The notes under the pieces were generated by a model, which had not been told where the DNA came from, searched no databases, and worked only from the letters and a program-made list of their open reading frames with translations. The position numbers were made by a program, and so were the translations under genes. From a virus (taxonomy: Duplodnaviria; Caudoviricetes), in IMG/VR virus record IMGVR_UViG_3300044448_001381, positions 1 to 24,229 of that record: a stretch of DNA of 24,229 nt; one strand, given 5' to 3'. Of the stretch, positions 24,175-24,229 are shown piece by piece. Every line of letters starts with the position of its first letter. Within the stretch, counting starts at the first letter, position 1.

Positions 24175-24229
24175 CTCGACCATCCTCCTCGGCTACTTGC
24201 CTCAAATTGTTGGATTGGGGAACGCCCGT
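24164..24229 (-). CDS. 3' end of an upstream gene, possibly the terminase small subunit (partial)
   Basis: An open frame TGVPQSNNLRQVAEEDGRDVR* enters from the window edge. Support is limited to position and a TGVP tail; only 22 codons are visible. Confidence 0.35.
   Translation of the reverse strand, partial: TGVPQSNNLRQVAEEDGRDVR

Larger units (their letters stand above)
1..24229 (-). mobile_element. Podovirus-type bacteriophage (or prophage) structural and DNA-packaging module
   Basis: Contiguous, tightly packed co-oriented genes for terminase, portal, scaffold, capsid, adaptor, nozzle and internal virion proteins. No long-tail genes (tape measure, tube, sheath) and no host genes. Confidence 0.96.

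Noticed and set aside
1-24229. Stop-codon reassignment (TAG read as sense)
   Set aside because: All hallmark genes are full length under code 11, and several TAG stops are followed by out-of-frame starts.

Overview
High-GC (roughly 60-65% by eye) short-tailed (podovirus-type) phage DNA. The whole window is one virion-morphogenesis and packaging module on the minus strand, with a gene order resembling BPP-1/epsilon15-type podoviruses. In transcription order (right to left): probable end of a small terminase subunit, a hypothetical, large terminase, GNAT acetyltransferase, a small virion protein, portal, an 8-gene block (fibre-like protein, five small membrane/lipoprotein-type genes, two Lys-rich proteins), Bbp19-like protein, scaffold, major capsid, capsid cement, a small protein, tail adaptor, tail nozzle and three internal (ejected) virion proteins. 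The last of these (>1100 aa, truncated, missed by the ORF track) carries an ADP-ribosyltransferase-like domain. The most unusual element is the 1349-aa tail adaptor. A normal ~220-aa adaptor sits at the C-terminus, behind an apparently catalytically dead SGNH/SASA esterase fold that is split by ~900 aa of nested beta-repeat modules. A possible internal start lies just before the adaptor domain, and the same modules are inserted in the nozzle. Also notable: near-absence of GTAC, two apparent leaderless promoters, and a membrane-protein cassette with no endolysin. No tRNA, rRNA, CRISPR array or integrase was seen. All family assignments come from motif recognition and gene order, not database searches.
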